Source: Betaproteobacteria bacterium
GTDB taxonomy: Bacteria; Pseudomonadota; Gammaproteobacteria; Burkholderiales; Ga0077523
Reading direction: 5' to 3'
DNA: 64,000 nt
Assembly: GCA_037141795.1 (NCBI GenBank)
Contig: JBAXBV010000009.1
Span: forward strand, 44,788 to 108,787
Made by a program: the position numbers and the translations under genes. This document shows, one piece after another, positions 51,842 through 61,400 of the stretch. Each line of letters begins with the position of its first letter. Position 1 is the stretch's first letter. The notes beneath the pieces are model-generated. The model did not search any database, had not been told where the DNA came from, and saw nothing but the letters and a program-made list of their open reading frames with translations.

Positions 51842-52904
51842 GCGTCCCGCGCACTTCTTCCCCATGGCCGGGCTTGTCCTGCTCGTGTTGATCCTTGCGG
51901 CGACGACCCTCTATTTCGGTCGGGACGAGTACCAGCATGCCGCCCGGGACAACGGCGAGACCATCGGGAACCAGACCACTGTCGACGAGAAGGTGGGCCC
52001 GGGCCGGCTGCGCATCGGCGAACAGGCGCGCAGGGCGAGCGGCATCGAACTGGCGGCGCTCGCGCCGGGCGAGTCCGAGGGGACGACCGCCGTGCGGGGC
52101 GTGGTGGCCGACCTCGGGCCCCTCGTCGACGCGCGGGGCCGTTACCTCGCCCAGTCCTCCGAGATCCGGGCGCACCGGTTGGCTGCGGCCAACCTGGAGA
52201 GCGAGTTCCGGCGCGCCCAGGCCCTCTACCAGGACGATCGCAACGTGTCGGAGCGTGTGTTGCGCCAGGTGGAGGCGGACTGGAAGACGGCACGCGAGCG
52301 CGTCGTGGCGGCCGAGGCCGCGTTGCGGGCGACGGTCGAGGCTTCGCGCGCGGCGTGGGGTGAATCGGTGGCGGACATGGCGCTGAACGAGGCCGGGGGG
52401 CAGTTCCGGGGGCTGCTGGAGCGACGGGAAGTCCTCGCGATGCTGAGCCTGCCCTTCAGTGCCGGGAATGACGGGGCGGGGCGGATCCTGACCGTCGAGC
52501 CCGCGGGCGGGGGCACCCGCGTTCGCGCCACCTGGCTGGCGCCGGCACCGTCCGCCTTGCCGGGAGCGCCCGGCGCGACGCACTTCTACCGGATGGCCGC
52601 CGGGGAACTCCGGGCCGGCACCCCCCTGACGGGCCACCTGCCGGACGGGCGTCCGGCCCGGCACGGCGTCGTCGTGCCGGAGAGCGCCGTCGTCTGGCAT
52701 GCCGGCCGGTCCTGGGCCTATGCGCGGGATGCGAAGGACCGGGACGTCTTCGTGCGTGCCCCGGTCGACGCGACTCGCCTGGTGAGCGGCGGATGGTTCA
52801 ACGCGGACGGCCTGACACCGGGCGTCGAAGTTGTCGTCACCGGCGCCCAGTTGCTGCTGTCCGAGGAACTGGAGTACCAGATCCGGAACGAAAATGAGGA
52901 CTAG
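51834..52904 (+). CDS. RND efflux periplasmic adaptor (membrane fusion protein), N-terminal TM anchor
   Basis: 356 aa. Single TM segment (MAGLVLLVLILAATTLYF). Coiled-coil hairpin region (AANLESEFRRAQALY..ADWKTARERVVAAEAALRA) flanked by beta-rich segments. Confidence 0.75.
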   Translation: MTERPAHFFPMAGLVLLVLILAATTLYFGRDEYQHAARDNGETIGNQTTVDEKVGPGRLRIGEQARRASGIELAALAPGESEGTTAVRGVVADLGPLVDARGRYLAQSSEIRAHRLAAANLESEFRRAQALYQDDRNVSERVLRQVEADWKTARERVVAAEAALRATVEASRAAWGESVADMALNEAGGQFRGLLERREVLAMLSLPFSAGNDGAGRILTVEPAGGGTRVRATWLAPAPSALPGAPGATHFYRMAAGELRAGTPLTGHLPDGRPARHGVVVPESAVVWHAGRSWAYARDAKDRDVFVRAPVDATRLVSGGWFNADGLTPGVEVVVTGAQLLLSEELEYQIRNENED

Positions 52905-52967
52905 GGCGGCGTTGCCTCCGGGGCCGTGGAACGGCGACACGGGCGGACACGCCCCCCGGCCCGGCCC

Positions 52968-55900
52968 ATGATCTCCTCGATCGTCCGTTTCTCCATCCGC
53001 TTCCCCGGCGTGGTGGTGGCGCTGGCGCTGATGCTGGTCGCCTACGGGGTCTTCGCGCTGCAGAGAGCGCGCATCGACGTGTTTCCCGAGTTCTCGCCCG
53101 CCCAGGTGGTCATCCAGACGGAGGCTGCAGGCCTGTCCCCGGAACTGGTGGAGACGCAGGTGACGCAGAAGATCGAGAACGCGCTCATGGGGGTTCCGGG
53201 CCTGGAGGCCGTGCGATCCCAGTCCATCCCCGGGCTCTCCGTCGTCTCGGTGCTGTTCGAGGACGGTTCCGACGTGTACCACAACCGTCAGGTCGTGGCG
53301 GAACGCCTCGCTCCCCTCGCGGCGCAGATGCCCGCCGGAGCCGGTCCCCCCGGCATCACCCCGCTCACCTCGTCCGCCAGCACGGTCCTCGGCCTGGGTC
53401 TCACCTCATCGTCCCGCAGCCTCTCCCAGCTGCGCACGCTCGCCGATGCCGTCGTGCGGCCGCACCTGATGTCGGTCGAGGGTGTGGCGGAAGTCAACGT
53501 GTTCGGGGGGGCCGTCCGCCAGTGGCAGATCCGGCTGGACCCTGCGCGGCTCGAGCGGCACCAGGTATCGGTCGGCGAGGTCGTGGCCGCGGCGCGCGAG
53601 GGGATGGGTGTGCTGTCGGCCGGATTCATCCCCGGTCCGAACCAGAGGATCTCGATTCTCACCGAAGGGCAGCCCGCGGCCCCGGAGGTGCTTGGGGCCA
53701 CGGTGGTTCGCGCCAGCCGGGGCCAGGCGCTGCTCCTGCGGGATCTGGGCGAAGTGGTCGAGGGGGCGGCCGAGCCGATCAGTGCCGCGGCGATCGACGG
53801 CAAGCCCGGCGTGTTCCTGATGGTGCAGGGCCAGCTCGGCAGCAATACCCTGGCCGTTTCGCGGGCGCTCGACGTGGCGCTGTCCGACCTGCGGCCCCTG
53901 TTCGATCGGGAGCGCGTCACCCTGCATGCCGAACTGTTCCGCCCCGCCAGCTTCATCGAGACGGCCGTGCGCAACGTGCGCTTCGACATCGCGATCGGTT
54001 CCCTGCTCGTGGTGGTGGTCCTGTTCCTGTTCCTCTTCAACGTTCGCACGGCCCTCATCTGCGCGGCCGCGATCCCGGTGTCCCTGATGGGCGCGGTCCT
54101 CCTGCTGACGGGTTTCGACCAGCCCCTCAACATCATGGTGCTGGGGGGGCTCGCCATTTCCCTAGGCGAGGTGGTGGATGACGCCATCATCGACACGGAA
54201 AACATCTTCCGGCGCCTGCGGGAGAACCGGATGGCCGGAAGTCCGCGGGACGACGCTGCGGTTGCGCTCGATGCGTCCCTGGAGGTGCGCAGTTCCGTGG
54301 TCTACGCGACGTTCATCGTCGCCCTGGTCTTCGTGCCCCTGCTTACCTTCGGCGGGGTGGGCGGCAAGCTCTTCTCCCCGCTGGGCCTCGCCTACATCCT
54401 CGCCATCCTGGCCTCGCTGGTGGTGGCAATGACCCTGACGCCCGCCCTGTCCTTTCTGCTCCTCTCCCGGGGTGTGATGCAGGCCGGGGACCCGCCGATG
54501 GTGCGACGTCTCAAGCCCCGCTACACGGCGTTGCTGCGCCGGATCGACGCGCGCCCCGCACGGGTGCTCGGCGCCACCGCGTTCCTCATCGCGCTGGGGC
54601 TCTCCACGATTCCCCTGCTCTCGGGAGAGTTCATTCCGTCCCTGAAGGAAGGCCACTATGTCGTCCACATGACGGCGGTGCCAGGGACCTCGGAACAGGA
54701 GGTGCTGCGGCTCGGGTCGAGGCTCACCGCCGCGTTGCGGGAGGTCAGGGGGGTCCGGTCCGTGGCGCAGTGGGTCGGCCGGTCCCAGAACGGCGCGGAC
54801 ACGTTCGGGCCCCACTACAGCGAAATGGAGATCGAGGTGGGTGCGCTCGAGGGGGGCGAGCAGGCGCGCATCCTGAAGGAGATCCGCGGCATTCTCGCGG
54901 GCAGTCGCGGCGCGTGGCCGGGGGTCACCTTTTCGGTCAATACTTTCCTGACCGAGCGCATCGAGGAAACCATTGCCGGCTTTCCGGCCGCCGTGGTGAT
55001 CAACCTGTTCGGGTCCGACATGGATGCGCTCGACCGCGACGCCCGCGAGGTGGCGGAGATTCTCGCGGCCATCCGAGGCGCCCGGGATGTCCAGGTGCAG
55101 GCCCCCGCGGGCACGCCGCAACTCGGCGTGCGCCTGCGGCACGAGCGGCTCGCGGCGCACGGACTCAGGGTGCACGAGGTGCTGGCCGCCGTGCAGACTG
55201 CGTTCGAGGGCGTGAGGGTGGGCCAGGTCTTCGAGGAGGGGCACGCGGTCGACGCCGTGGTCATCCTCGGGCCGGAGTCCCGGCGCGCACCCGCCCAGGT
55301 GGGCGACCTCGTGCTCCGGTCCGGGTCCGGGGCGGCCGTGCCGCTTCGGGAGGTGGCCGACGTGGTGATGTCCTCGGGCCGGTACAAGATTCTTCACAGC
55401 GGCGGCAAGCGCATCCAGACGGTGACGGCCAATGTCGAGGAGCGCGACGCCGGCGAGTTCGACACGGAACTCCGGGCGGCCATCGCCGAAAAGGTCAGGC
55501 TTTCCCCGGGCAACTACGTGGTGATCGAAGGCGAGGCCGAGGCTTCGGTCGAGGCACGGCGGCGCCTCGTGTTCCATTCGCTGCTGGCCGGGGCGGGCGT
55601 CTTCATGCTGCTCTACCTGGCCTTCAACAACCTCCGCAATCTCGGTCTCACCTTCCTGAACCTGCCTTTCGCGCTCGTCGGCGGGGTGGTGGCCGTGCTG
55701 TTCAACGGGGGCTGGATGACCCTGGGCTCCCTCGTCGGGTTCGTCACGCTGTTCGGCATTACCCTGCGCAACTCGATCATGCTCGTGTCCCACTACCAGC
55801 ACCTGGTGGAGGAGGAGGGGCTGCCCTGGAATCTCGACACCATGCTCCGGGGGGCCTCCGAGCGCCTGCCGTCCATCCTGATGACGGCGCTGGTCACGGC

Positions 55901-56090
55901 CCTGGGCCTGATGCCCCTCGCCCTGGGCAGCGGCCAGCCCGGACGGGAGATCGAGGGCCCGATGGCCATGATCATCGTCGGCGGACTGATTACGTCCACC
56001 GTGCTGAATCTGCTGATCCTGCCGGCCGTGATGCTGCGTTTCGGGCGCTTCGGCGTGCCCCGTTCCGGGCCGGCACACGCCGTCCCGTGA
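52968..56090 (+). CDS. RND efflux permease, CzcA/CusA-like (HME-type) family
   Basis: Starts MISSIVRFSIRFPGVVVALALM. IDVFPEFSPAQVVIQTEAAGLSPELVE resembles the CzcA/CusA N-terminus. 12-TM layout. A GTG at 52926 is the alternative start. Confidence 0.88.
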   Translation: MISSIVRFSIRFPGVVVALALMLVAYGVFALQRARIDVFPEFSPAQVVIQTEAAGLSPELVETQVTQKIENALMGVPGLEAVRSQSIPGLSVVSVLFEDGSDVYHNRQVVAERLAPLAAQMPAGAGPPGITPLTSSASTVLGLGLTSSSRSLSQLRTLADAVVRPHLMSVEGVAEVNVFGGAVRQWQIRLDPARLERHQVSVGEVVAAAREGMGVLSAGFIPGPNQRISILTEGQPAAPEVLGATVVRASRGQALLLRDLGEVVEGAAEPISAAAIDGKPGVFLMVQGQLGSNTLAVSRALDVALSDLRPLFDRERVTLHAELFRPASFIETAVRNVRFDIAIGSLLVVVVLFLFLFNVRTALICAAAIPVSLMGAVLLLTGFDQPLNIMVLGGLAISLGEVVDDAIIDTENIFRRLRENRMAGSPRDDAAVALDASLEVRSSVVYATFIVALVFVPLLTFGGVGGKLFSPLGLAYILAILASLVVAMTLTPALSFLLLSRGVMQAGDPPMVRRLKPRYTALLRRIDARPARVLGATAFLIALGLSTIPLLSGEFIPSLKEGHYVVHMTAVPGTSEQEVLRLGSRLTAALREVRGVRSVAQWVGRSQNGADTFGPHYSEMEIEVGALEGGEQARILKEIRGILAGSRGAWPGVTFSVNTFLTERIEETIAGFPAAVVINLFGSDMDALDRDAREVAEILAAIRGARDVQVQAPAGTPQLGVRLRHERLAAHGLRVHEVLAAVQTAFEGVRVGQVFEEGHAVDAVVILGPESRRAPAQVGDLVLRSGSGAAVPLREVADVVMSSGRYKILHSGGKRIQTVTANVEERDAGEFDTELRAAIAEKVRLSPGNYVVIEGEAEASVEARRRLVFHSLLAGAGVFMLLYLAFNNLRNLGLTFLNLPFALVGGVVAVLFNGGWMTLGSLVGFVTLFGITLRNSIMLVSHYQHLVEEEGLPWNLDTMLRGASERLPSILMTALVTALGLMPLALGSGQPGREIEGPMAMIIVGGLITSTVLNLLILPAVMLRFGRFGVPRSGPAHAVP

Positions 56091-56215
56091 GCGGGTCGAC
56101 CGGACGCAGCCACGCGTTGCCAGCCTCGCCGCCCCTGTGATTGAATCAAGGGGGTCACGGACCCCCGCCACCCGGCGCGACCTGTGGCTGTCTCAACCCC
56201 ACAGGAGGGCCGTTC

Positions 56216-56599
56216 ATGGCCACGATGGAACTCACGCAGGAAAACTTCGACGCGACGATCACCGACAACGACATCGTGATCGTCGATTTCTGGGCGCCCT
56301 GGTGCGGACCCTGCCGCCAGTTCGCCCCGGTGTTCGAGCAGGTCTCGGGCAAGCACGAGGATGTGGTGTTCGCGAAACTCAACACCGACGAGCAGACCGC
56401 CCTGGCCCAGCAGTTCCAGATCCGCTCGATCCCCACCCTCATGGCGTTCCGTGAGCGGGTCATCCTTTACTCCAACCCGGGGGCGATGCCGGCCGGCCAG
56501 TTCGACCAGCTGGTCAACGAGATCAAGGCGCTGGACATGGCGGCGGTGCATGCGGAGATCGCCAGCCGGGAAGCTGGTGCCGAGCCCGGGTCGGCCTGA
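56216..56599 (+). CDS. Thioredoxin
   Basis: 127 aa. AGGAGG SD. Active site FWAPWCGPC. cis-Pro in SIPTL. It has a ~20-aa C-terminal extension. Confidence 0.9.
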   Translation: MATMELTQENFDATITDNDIVIVDFWAPWCGPCRQFAPVFEQVSGKHEDVVFAKLNTDEQTALAQQFQIRSIPTLMAFRERVILYSNPGAMPAGQFDQLVNEIKALDMAAVHAEIASREAGAEPGSA

Positions 56600-56601
56600 C
56601 C

Positions 56602-57036
56602 GTGGAGGCGGATCCGATCTCGAGCCGCGGCGACCTCGACCGGTGCGTTGCGTCCGGGGGCGACCTGTGCATCGACGTGGCCGATCCCGGTTCCGCGGTC
56701 TCCGTGGCGTTTTCGCGGACCATCGAGGTCGTGCTGGCACGACGGCACCCGGCCGTGCGCCTCGCCCGGGCGGAACTGCCCGCGGCAGCACCCGTCGTCT
56801 CCCTGTTCGGCCTTTCCGAGGCGCCGTCTCTGATCGTGTTCCGGGCGGGGGTGGGTCTGTACGCCGGCCCGGCCATCCTGGGCGAGGCGCAGCTCGAGGC
56901 CGTGCTGAACCGGGCGCTGTCCCTCGACATGGACGAGGTGCGCCGCGAGATGGATCAGAACCGCCCGGAGATGGCGCGCGCGGCCGGCGTCCGGGCCTGC
57001 CCCACCAGCGGGCGCGGTCCGCTTTCGACAGGTTGA
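56602..57036 (+). CDS. Thioredoxin-fold paralogue lacking both catalytic cysteines
   Basis: 144 aa. GTG start 2 nt after the trx stop. It aligns by eye along the whole upstream thioredoxin, with CGPC replaced by SAVS. Third codon positions are mostly G/C by eye. Confidence 0.65.
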   Translation: MEADPISSRGDLDRCVASGGDLCIDVADPGSAVSVAFSRTIEVVLARRHPAVRLARAELPAAAPVVSLFGLSEAPSLIVFRAGVGLYAGPAILGEAQLEAVLNRALSLDMDEVRREMDQNRPEMARAAGVRACPTSGRGPLSTG

Positions 57037-57146
57037 TCGCGCAACCCGGCGTCCGCCTGGCGCGGGCGGTACGGCGGGATTTCGCGAAGCCGGTGGGCGG
57101 CGACCCTCGACCGAGCGCCTACTTTCGCATGGTCGATGGCGGGAAG

Positions 57147-57186
57147 AGTCAGTATCATGTGGGGAGAAAACTGACTCATAAGTCAG
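57147..57186. promoter_or_regulatory. Candidate operator: three AGTCAG/CTGACT hexamers including a 16-bp perfect palindrome
   Basis: AGTCAG (57147-52), then CTGACT-CATA-AGTCAG (57171-86). They lie in the only AT-rich patch of the intergenic region, about 105-145 nt upstream of the adaptor gene start. Confidence 0.4.
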
Positions 57187-57292
57187 CAGTCCAGAGGGTG
57201 GATGTCTGCCGGAACGAGCGGGCCTGCGCGGGCCCGGGTGGTGTGCGCTCCCCTGGATCCTTAACAACTCACGATGCTCGAGGTTGGGCCAG

Positions 57293-58441
57293 ATGACGCT
57301 GCGTACCGCTGTGATTGGCTGTTGGGTTCTGGCGATGGTGCTGGGCGGTTGCGGCTCCAAGTCCGATGGGGACGGTGCGGCAGGCAAGGCGGGCGACGCC
57401 AAGCCCGCACCGGCGGGAGCGGGTACCGGGGGCAAGCCCGGGGGTCCGCCCAAGGGATTGCCGGTCAAGGCGCAGCCCGTCAAGGTGGATCTCGTCCAGA
57501 GCGAGATTGCAGCCGTGGGCAGTCTCACGGCTTCGGAGTCGGTGATCATCCGGCCGGAAATCGCCGGGCGCATTGCCGGCCTCCATTTCGCCGAGGGTCA
57601 GCCGGTCGCGAAGGGTGCCAAGCTGGTGACGATCGACCCCGCAGAGTACCAGGCCCAGCTTGCCGCCTCCTCGGCCGACGCCAGGACCGAGACGCAGAAA
57701 TTCCAGCGGGCGCGTGATCTGTTCGAACAGAAGTTCGTCAGCCAGGAGGCCGTCGACCTCACGCGGGGCGGGATGGACCGCGCGCTGGCCAAGCGGCAGA
57801 CCGATGAAGTGCTGCTTGCCAAGACCGTGATCAAGGCGCCCTTCGGCGGCACGGTCGGTCTGCGGTTCGTGAGCCCCGGCGCCTATGTGAAGGCGGGAGA
57901 CGACATCGTGCGCCTGGAAAGCACGGGCACGCTGAAGCTGGATTTCCGGGTGCCCGAGATCTACGTGTCGAGGATTCACCCCCGCCAGACGGTTACCGTG
58001 CGCACCGACGCCTACCCGGGCGAGGCCTTCGAGGGCCAGATCTACGCGCTGGAGCCGGGGGTCGACGAGAAGACCCGGACCGTGATTGCCCGCGCCGAGG
58101 TGCCCAACCGGGGCGGGAAGCTGCGCCCCGGCATGTTCGGCCGCGTGGCCATCCTGCTGGAATCCCGTCCGAAGGCGATCGTGGTGCCCGAGCAGGCCAT
58201 CTGGCCCCAGGGACGGGACACCTTCGTCTACCGGGTGGTCGACGGCAAGGCGACGCTCACCAAGATCGAACTCGGCGTGCGCCGACCGGGCGAGGTGGAA
58301 GTCGTCAAGGGTCTCGTGCCCGAGGACATGGTCGTGACCGACGGTCAGATCAAGCTGAAGGACGGCGCACCGGTCATGGTCCTGCCGGCCAAGCCCCCCG
58401 CGGCACCTGCCGCTCCGGGGACGCCCAAGGCAGGCGGCTGA
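57293..58441 (+). CDS. RND efflux periplasmic adaptor lipoprotein (AcrA/MdtA-like)
   Basis: An ATG at 57293 after GAGG gives MTLRTAVIGCWVLAMVLGGCGS (lipobox). Biotinyl-lipoyl and beta-barrel MFP pattern (IKAPFGGTVG, GMFGRV). Confidence 0.88.
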   Translation: MTLRTAVIGCWVLAMVLGGCGSKSDGDGAAGKAGDAKPAPAGAGTGGKPGGPPKGLPVKAQPVKVDLVQSEIAAVGSLTASESVIIRPEIAGRIAGLHFAEGQPVAKGAKLVTIDPAEYQAQLAASSADARTETQKFQRARDLFEQKFVSQEAVDLTRGGMDRALAKRQTDEVLLAKTVIKAPFGGTVGLRFVSPGAYVKAGDDIVRLESTGTLKLDFRVPEIYVSRIHPRQTVTVRTDAYPGEAFEGQIYALEPGVDEKTRTVIARAEVPNRGGKLRPGMFGRVAILLESRPKAIVVPEQAIWPQGRDTFVYRVVDGKATLTKIELGVRRPGEVEVVKGLVPEDMVVTDGQIKLKDGAPVMVLPAKPPAAPAAPGTPKAGG

Positions 58442-58472
58442 CCGGCCGGCCGCAAGCGAAGAGGAGACACCC

Positions 58473-61400
58473 ATGGTCCTGTCGGATATTTCCATCAAGC
58501 GTCCGGTGCTCGCCACCGTGATGAGCCTTCTCATCGTGATCGTCGGCTACATCTGCTACACCCGGATGGCCGTGCGCGAGTATCCGAACATCGATCCCCC
58601 GACCGTCTCCGTCCGCACGGTCTACAAGGGGGCAACGGCCCAGGTGATGGAAAGCTCCATCACCCAGCCGCTCGAGGATGCCCTGTCCGGGATCGAGGGC
58701 ATCAAGACCATCAAGTCCCAGAGCCGCGAGGAGGTGTCCCAGGTCACCATCACCTTCGTCAGTTCCCGGGAGATCGACGGCGCCGCCAACGACGTGCGCG
58801 ATCGGGTGGCGCGCACACGGAAGAACCTCCCGGCGGCCGCCGACAATCCGGTGGTGTCCAAGATCGAGGCGGATGCCCAGCCCATCGTCTGGCTCGCGTT
58901 CACCAGCGATCGGCACTCTCCCATGGAGCTGACGGATTTCGCCGACCGGTACATGACCGACCCGCTCAAGGCATTGCCGGGCGTTGCCCAGGTGATCATC
59001 GGCGGTGAGCGCAAGTACTCGATGCGGGTCTGGCTCGACCGCGAGAGGCTGGCGGCCCAGGGCCTCACGGCACAGGATGTCGAGCAGGCGCTGCGGCGCC
59101 AGAATCTCGATTCGCCCGGTGGGCGGATCGAGAGCACGCAGCGGGAGTTCACGATCCAGGCGATCACGGACCTGCGCTCGCCCGAGGAATTCAACGACCT
59201 GATCATCAAGGAGGTCAACGGGTACCCCGTGCGCCTGCGCGACGTGGGACGGGCGGCGCCCGGGCCTTACGAGAACCGCAAGATCGTCAGGGTGCGGGGC
59301 GAGGAGGCCCTCGGCCTCGGGATCGTCAAGCAGTCGACGGCCAACACGCTCGAGGTAGCCCAGTCGGTCAAGGCCCTGCTGCCGCGGCTCGAGTCCGCCC
59401 TCCAGCCGGGGATGAAGATCTGGGTCGCCGTCGACACGTCCCAGTTCATCGAGGCATCGGTTCAGGCGGTCAAGTCCACGATCCTGGAGGCCCTCGCGCT
59501 CGTGGTGCTGGTGATCTTCTTCTTCCTGCGGGAGTTCCGCGCCACGATCATCCCCGCGATCACCATCCCGGTGTCGATCATCGGGCATTTCACCTTCCTC
59601 AAGCTTCTCGGATTCTCCGTGAACACGCTGACCCTGCTGGGTGTGGTGCTCTCCATCGGGCTCGTGGTGGACGACGCGATCGTCGTCCTGGAGAACGTGC
59701 ACCGGCACATCGAGGAGGGCATGAAGCCCTTCAAGGCGGCCCTGATCGGGACCAAGGAGATCGGCTTCGCGGTCATCGCGATGACCGTCACGCTCGCCGC
59801 AGTGTTCTTTCCCCTGTCGCTGGCGGAAGGCAACACCGGCAAGCTGATGACCGAGTTCGCCCTGACCGTCGCCACGTCCGTGATCGTCTCCGGTTTCGTG
59901 GCGCTGACGCTGGTGCCCATGATGTGCTCGAAATTCCTGCGGCACGAACACAGCTGGATCTACCACAGGACCGAGCCTTTCTTCGCCGGCATGACGGGCG
60001 GTTACCGGGCAATGCTCCAGGCAACCCTGCGGCACCGCTGGGTCATCGGCGTCGTGCTGGTGGGTGTCGTGGCCTCCATGGTCTTCCTGTTCAAGCAGCT
60101 CAAGGCCGAGCTTTCGCCGGTCGAGGACCGCAGCCTGTTCCTTGCCTTCGTGGTCACGCCCGAAGGGTCGAGCATGCAGTACACGGATGGCTACGTGCAC
60201 GCGGTCGAGGAGATCGCCAAGGGCGTCCCGGAAATCGACACGATGTTCGCCGTGGTGGCGCCTGGCCTGGATCGCCCGAACCCCGTGAATCTCGGGATCG
60301 CCTTCGCGGTGCTGAAGCCCTGGGACCAGCGCACGCGCAGCCAGCAGCAGATCACGAAGGAACTCACGCCCAAGCTGTTCGGCGGCCTTCCCGGCGCCCT
60401 GTCCTTCGCGCTCAACCCGCCCTCGCTGGGGCAGAACTTTCTCGCGAAGCAGGTCGAGTACGTGATCTACGGGAACAGCTACGAGGAACTGCAGGGCAAG
60501 GTCGGGAAGATCATGGCCAAGCTGCGGGAGTTCCCGGGCATCACGGGTCTGGATACCGACCTCAAGCTCAACAAGCCGCAGCTGGCCGTGAAGATCGACC
60601 GGGACAAGGCGTCCGCCCTTGGCGTGTCCATGGAGACCATCGGGCACACCCTCGAGATCCTGATGGGGGGCTACGACGTCACCCGCTACAAGCACGACGG
60701 CAAGCAGTACGACGTGGTGCTGCAACTGGAGGACGACAAGCGCAGGCAGCCGAGCGATCTCACCTCCATCTACGTGCGGGGCAATGACGGCTCGCTGCAC
60801 CAGCTTTCCAACCTCGTGCAGATCCAGGAGACGGTCGGACCCAAGGAACTCAACCACTTCAACAAGCTGCGCGCGGCCATCATCAACGGGAACGTGGCAG
60901 GCAACTACAGCCTGGGACAGGTGCTCGATCATATCGACGGTCTGGTGGCGTCCGAACTCGGGCCCGACACACGGACCGATCTCGACAACGTGTCGCGCGA
61001 GTTCCGGGAGTCGAGCGGACAGCTCTGGATGACCTTCGGCCTCGCGCTGGTGTTCATCTACCTCGTGCTCTCGGCGCAGTTCGAGAGCTTCGTCGGGCCG
61101 TTCGTCATCATGGTCACCGTGCCGCTGGCCATGGCAGGGGCTCTGCTCACCATGTACATCAACAGCAAGCTCGAGCGCGGCGGGACGATCAACGTCTACA
61201 GTCAGGTCGGTCTCGTGATGCTCGTGGGGCTCATCACGAAGCACGGCATCCTGATCGTCGAGTTCGCGAACCAGCTGCGAGCCCGGGGCATGGAGCGGAT
61301 GGAAGCAATCGTGGAGGCCTCGACCCTGCGCCTGCGACCGATCCTGATGACCACGGCGGCGATGGTGCTGGGTGCCATTCCCCTGGCCCTGTCCAGCGGC

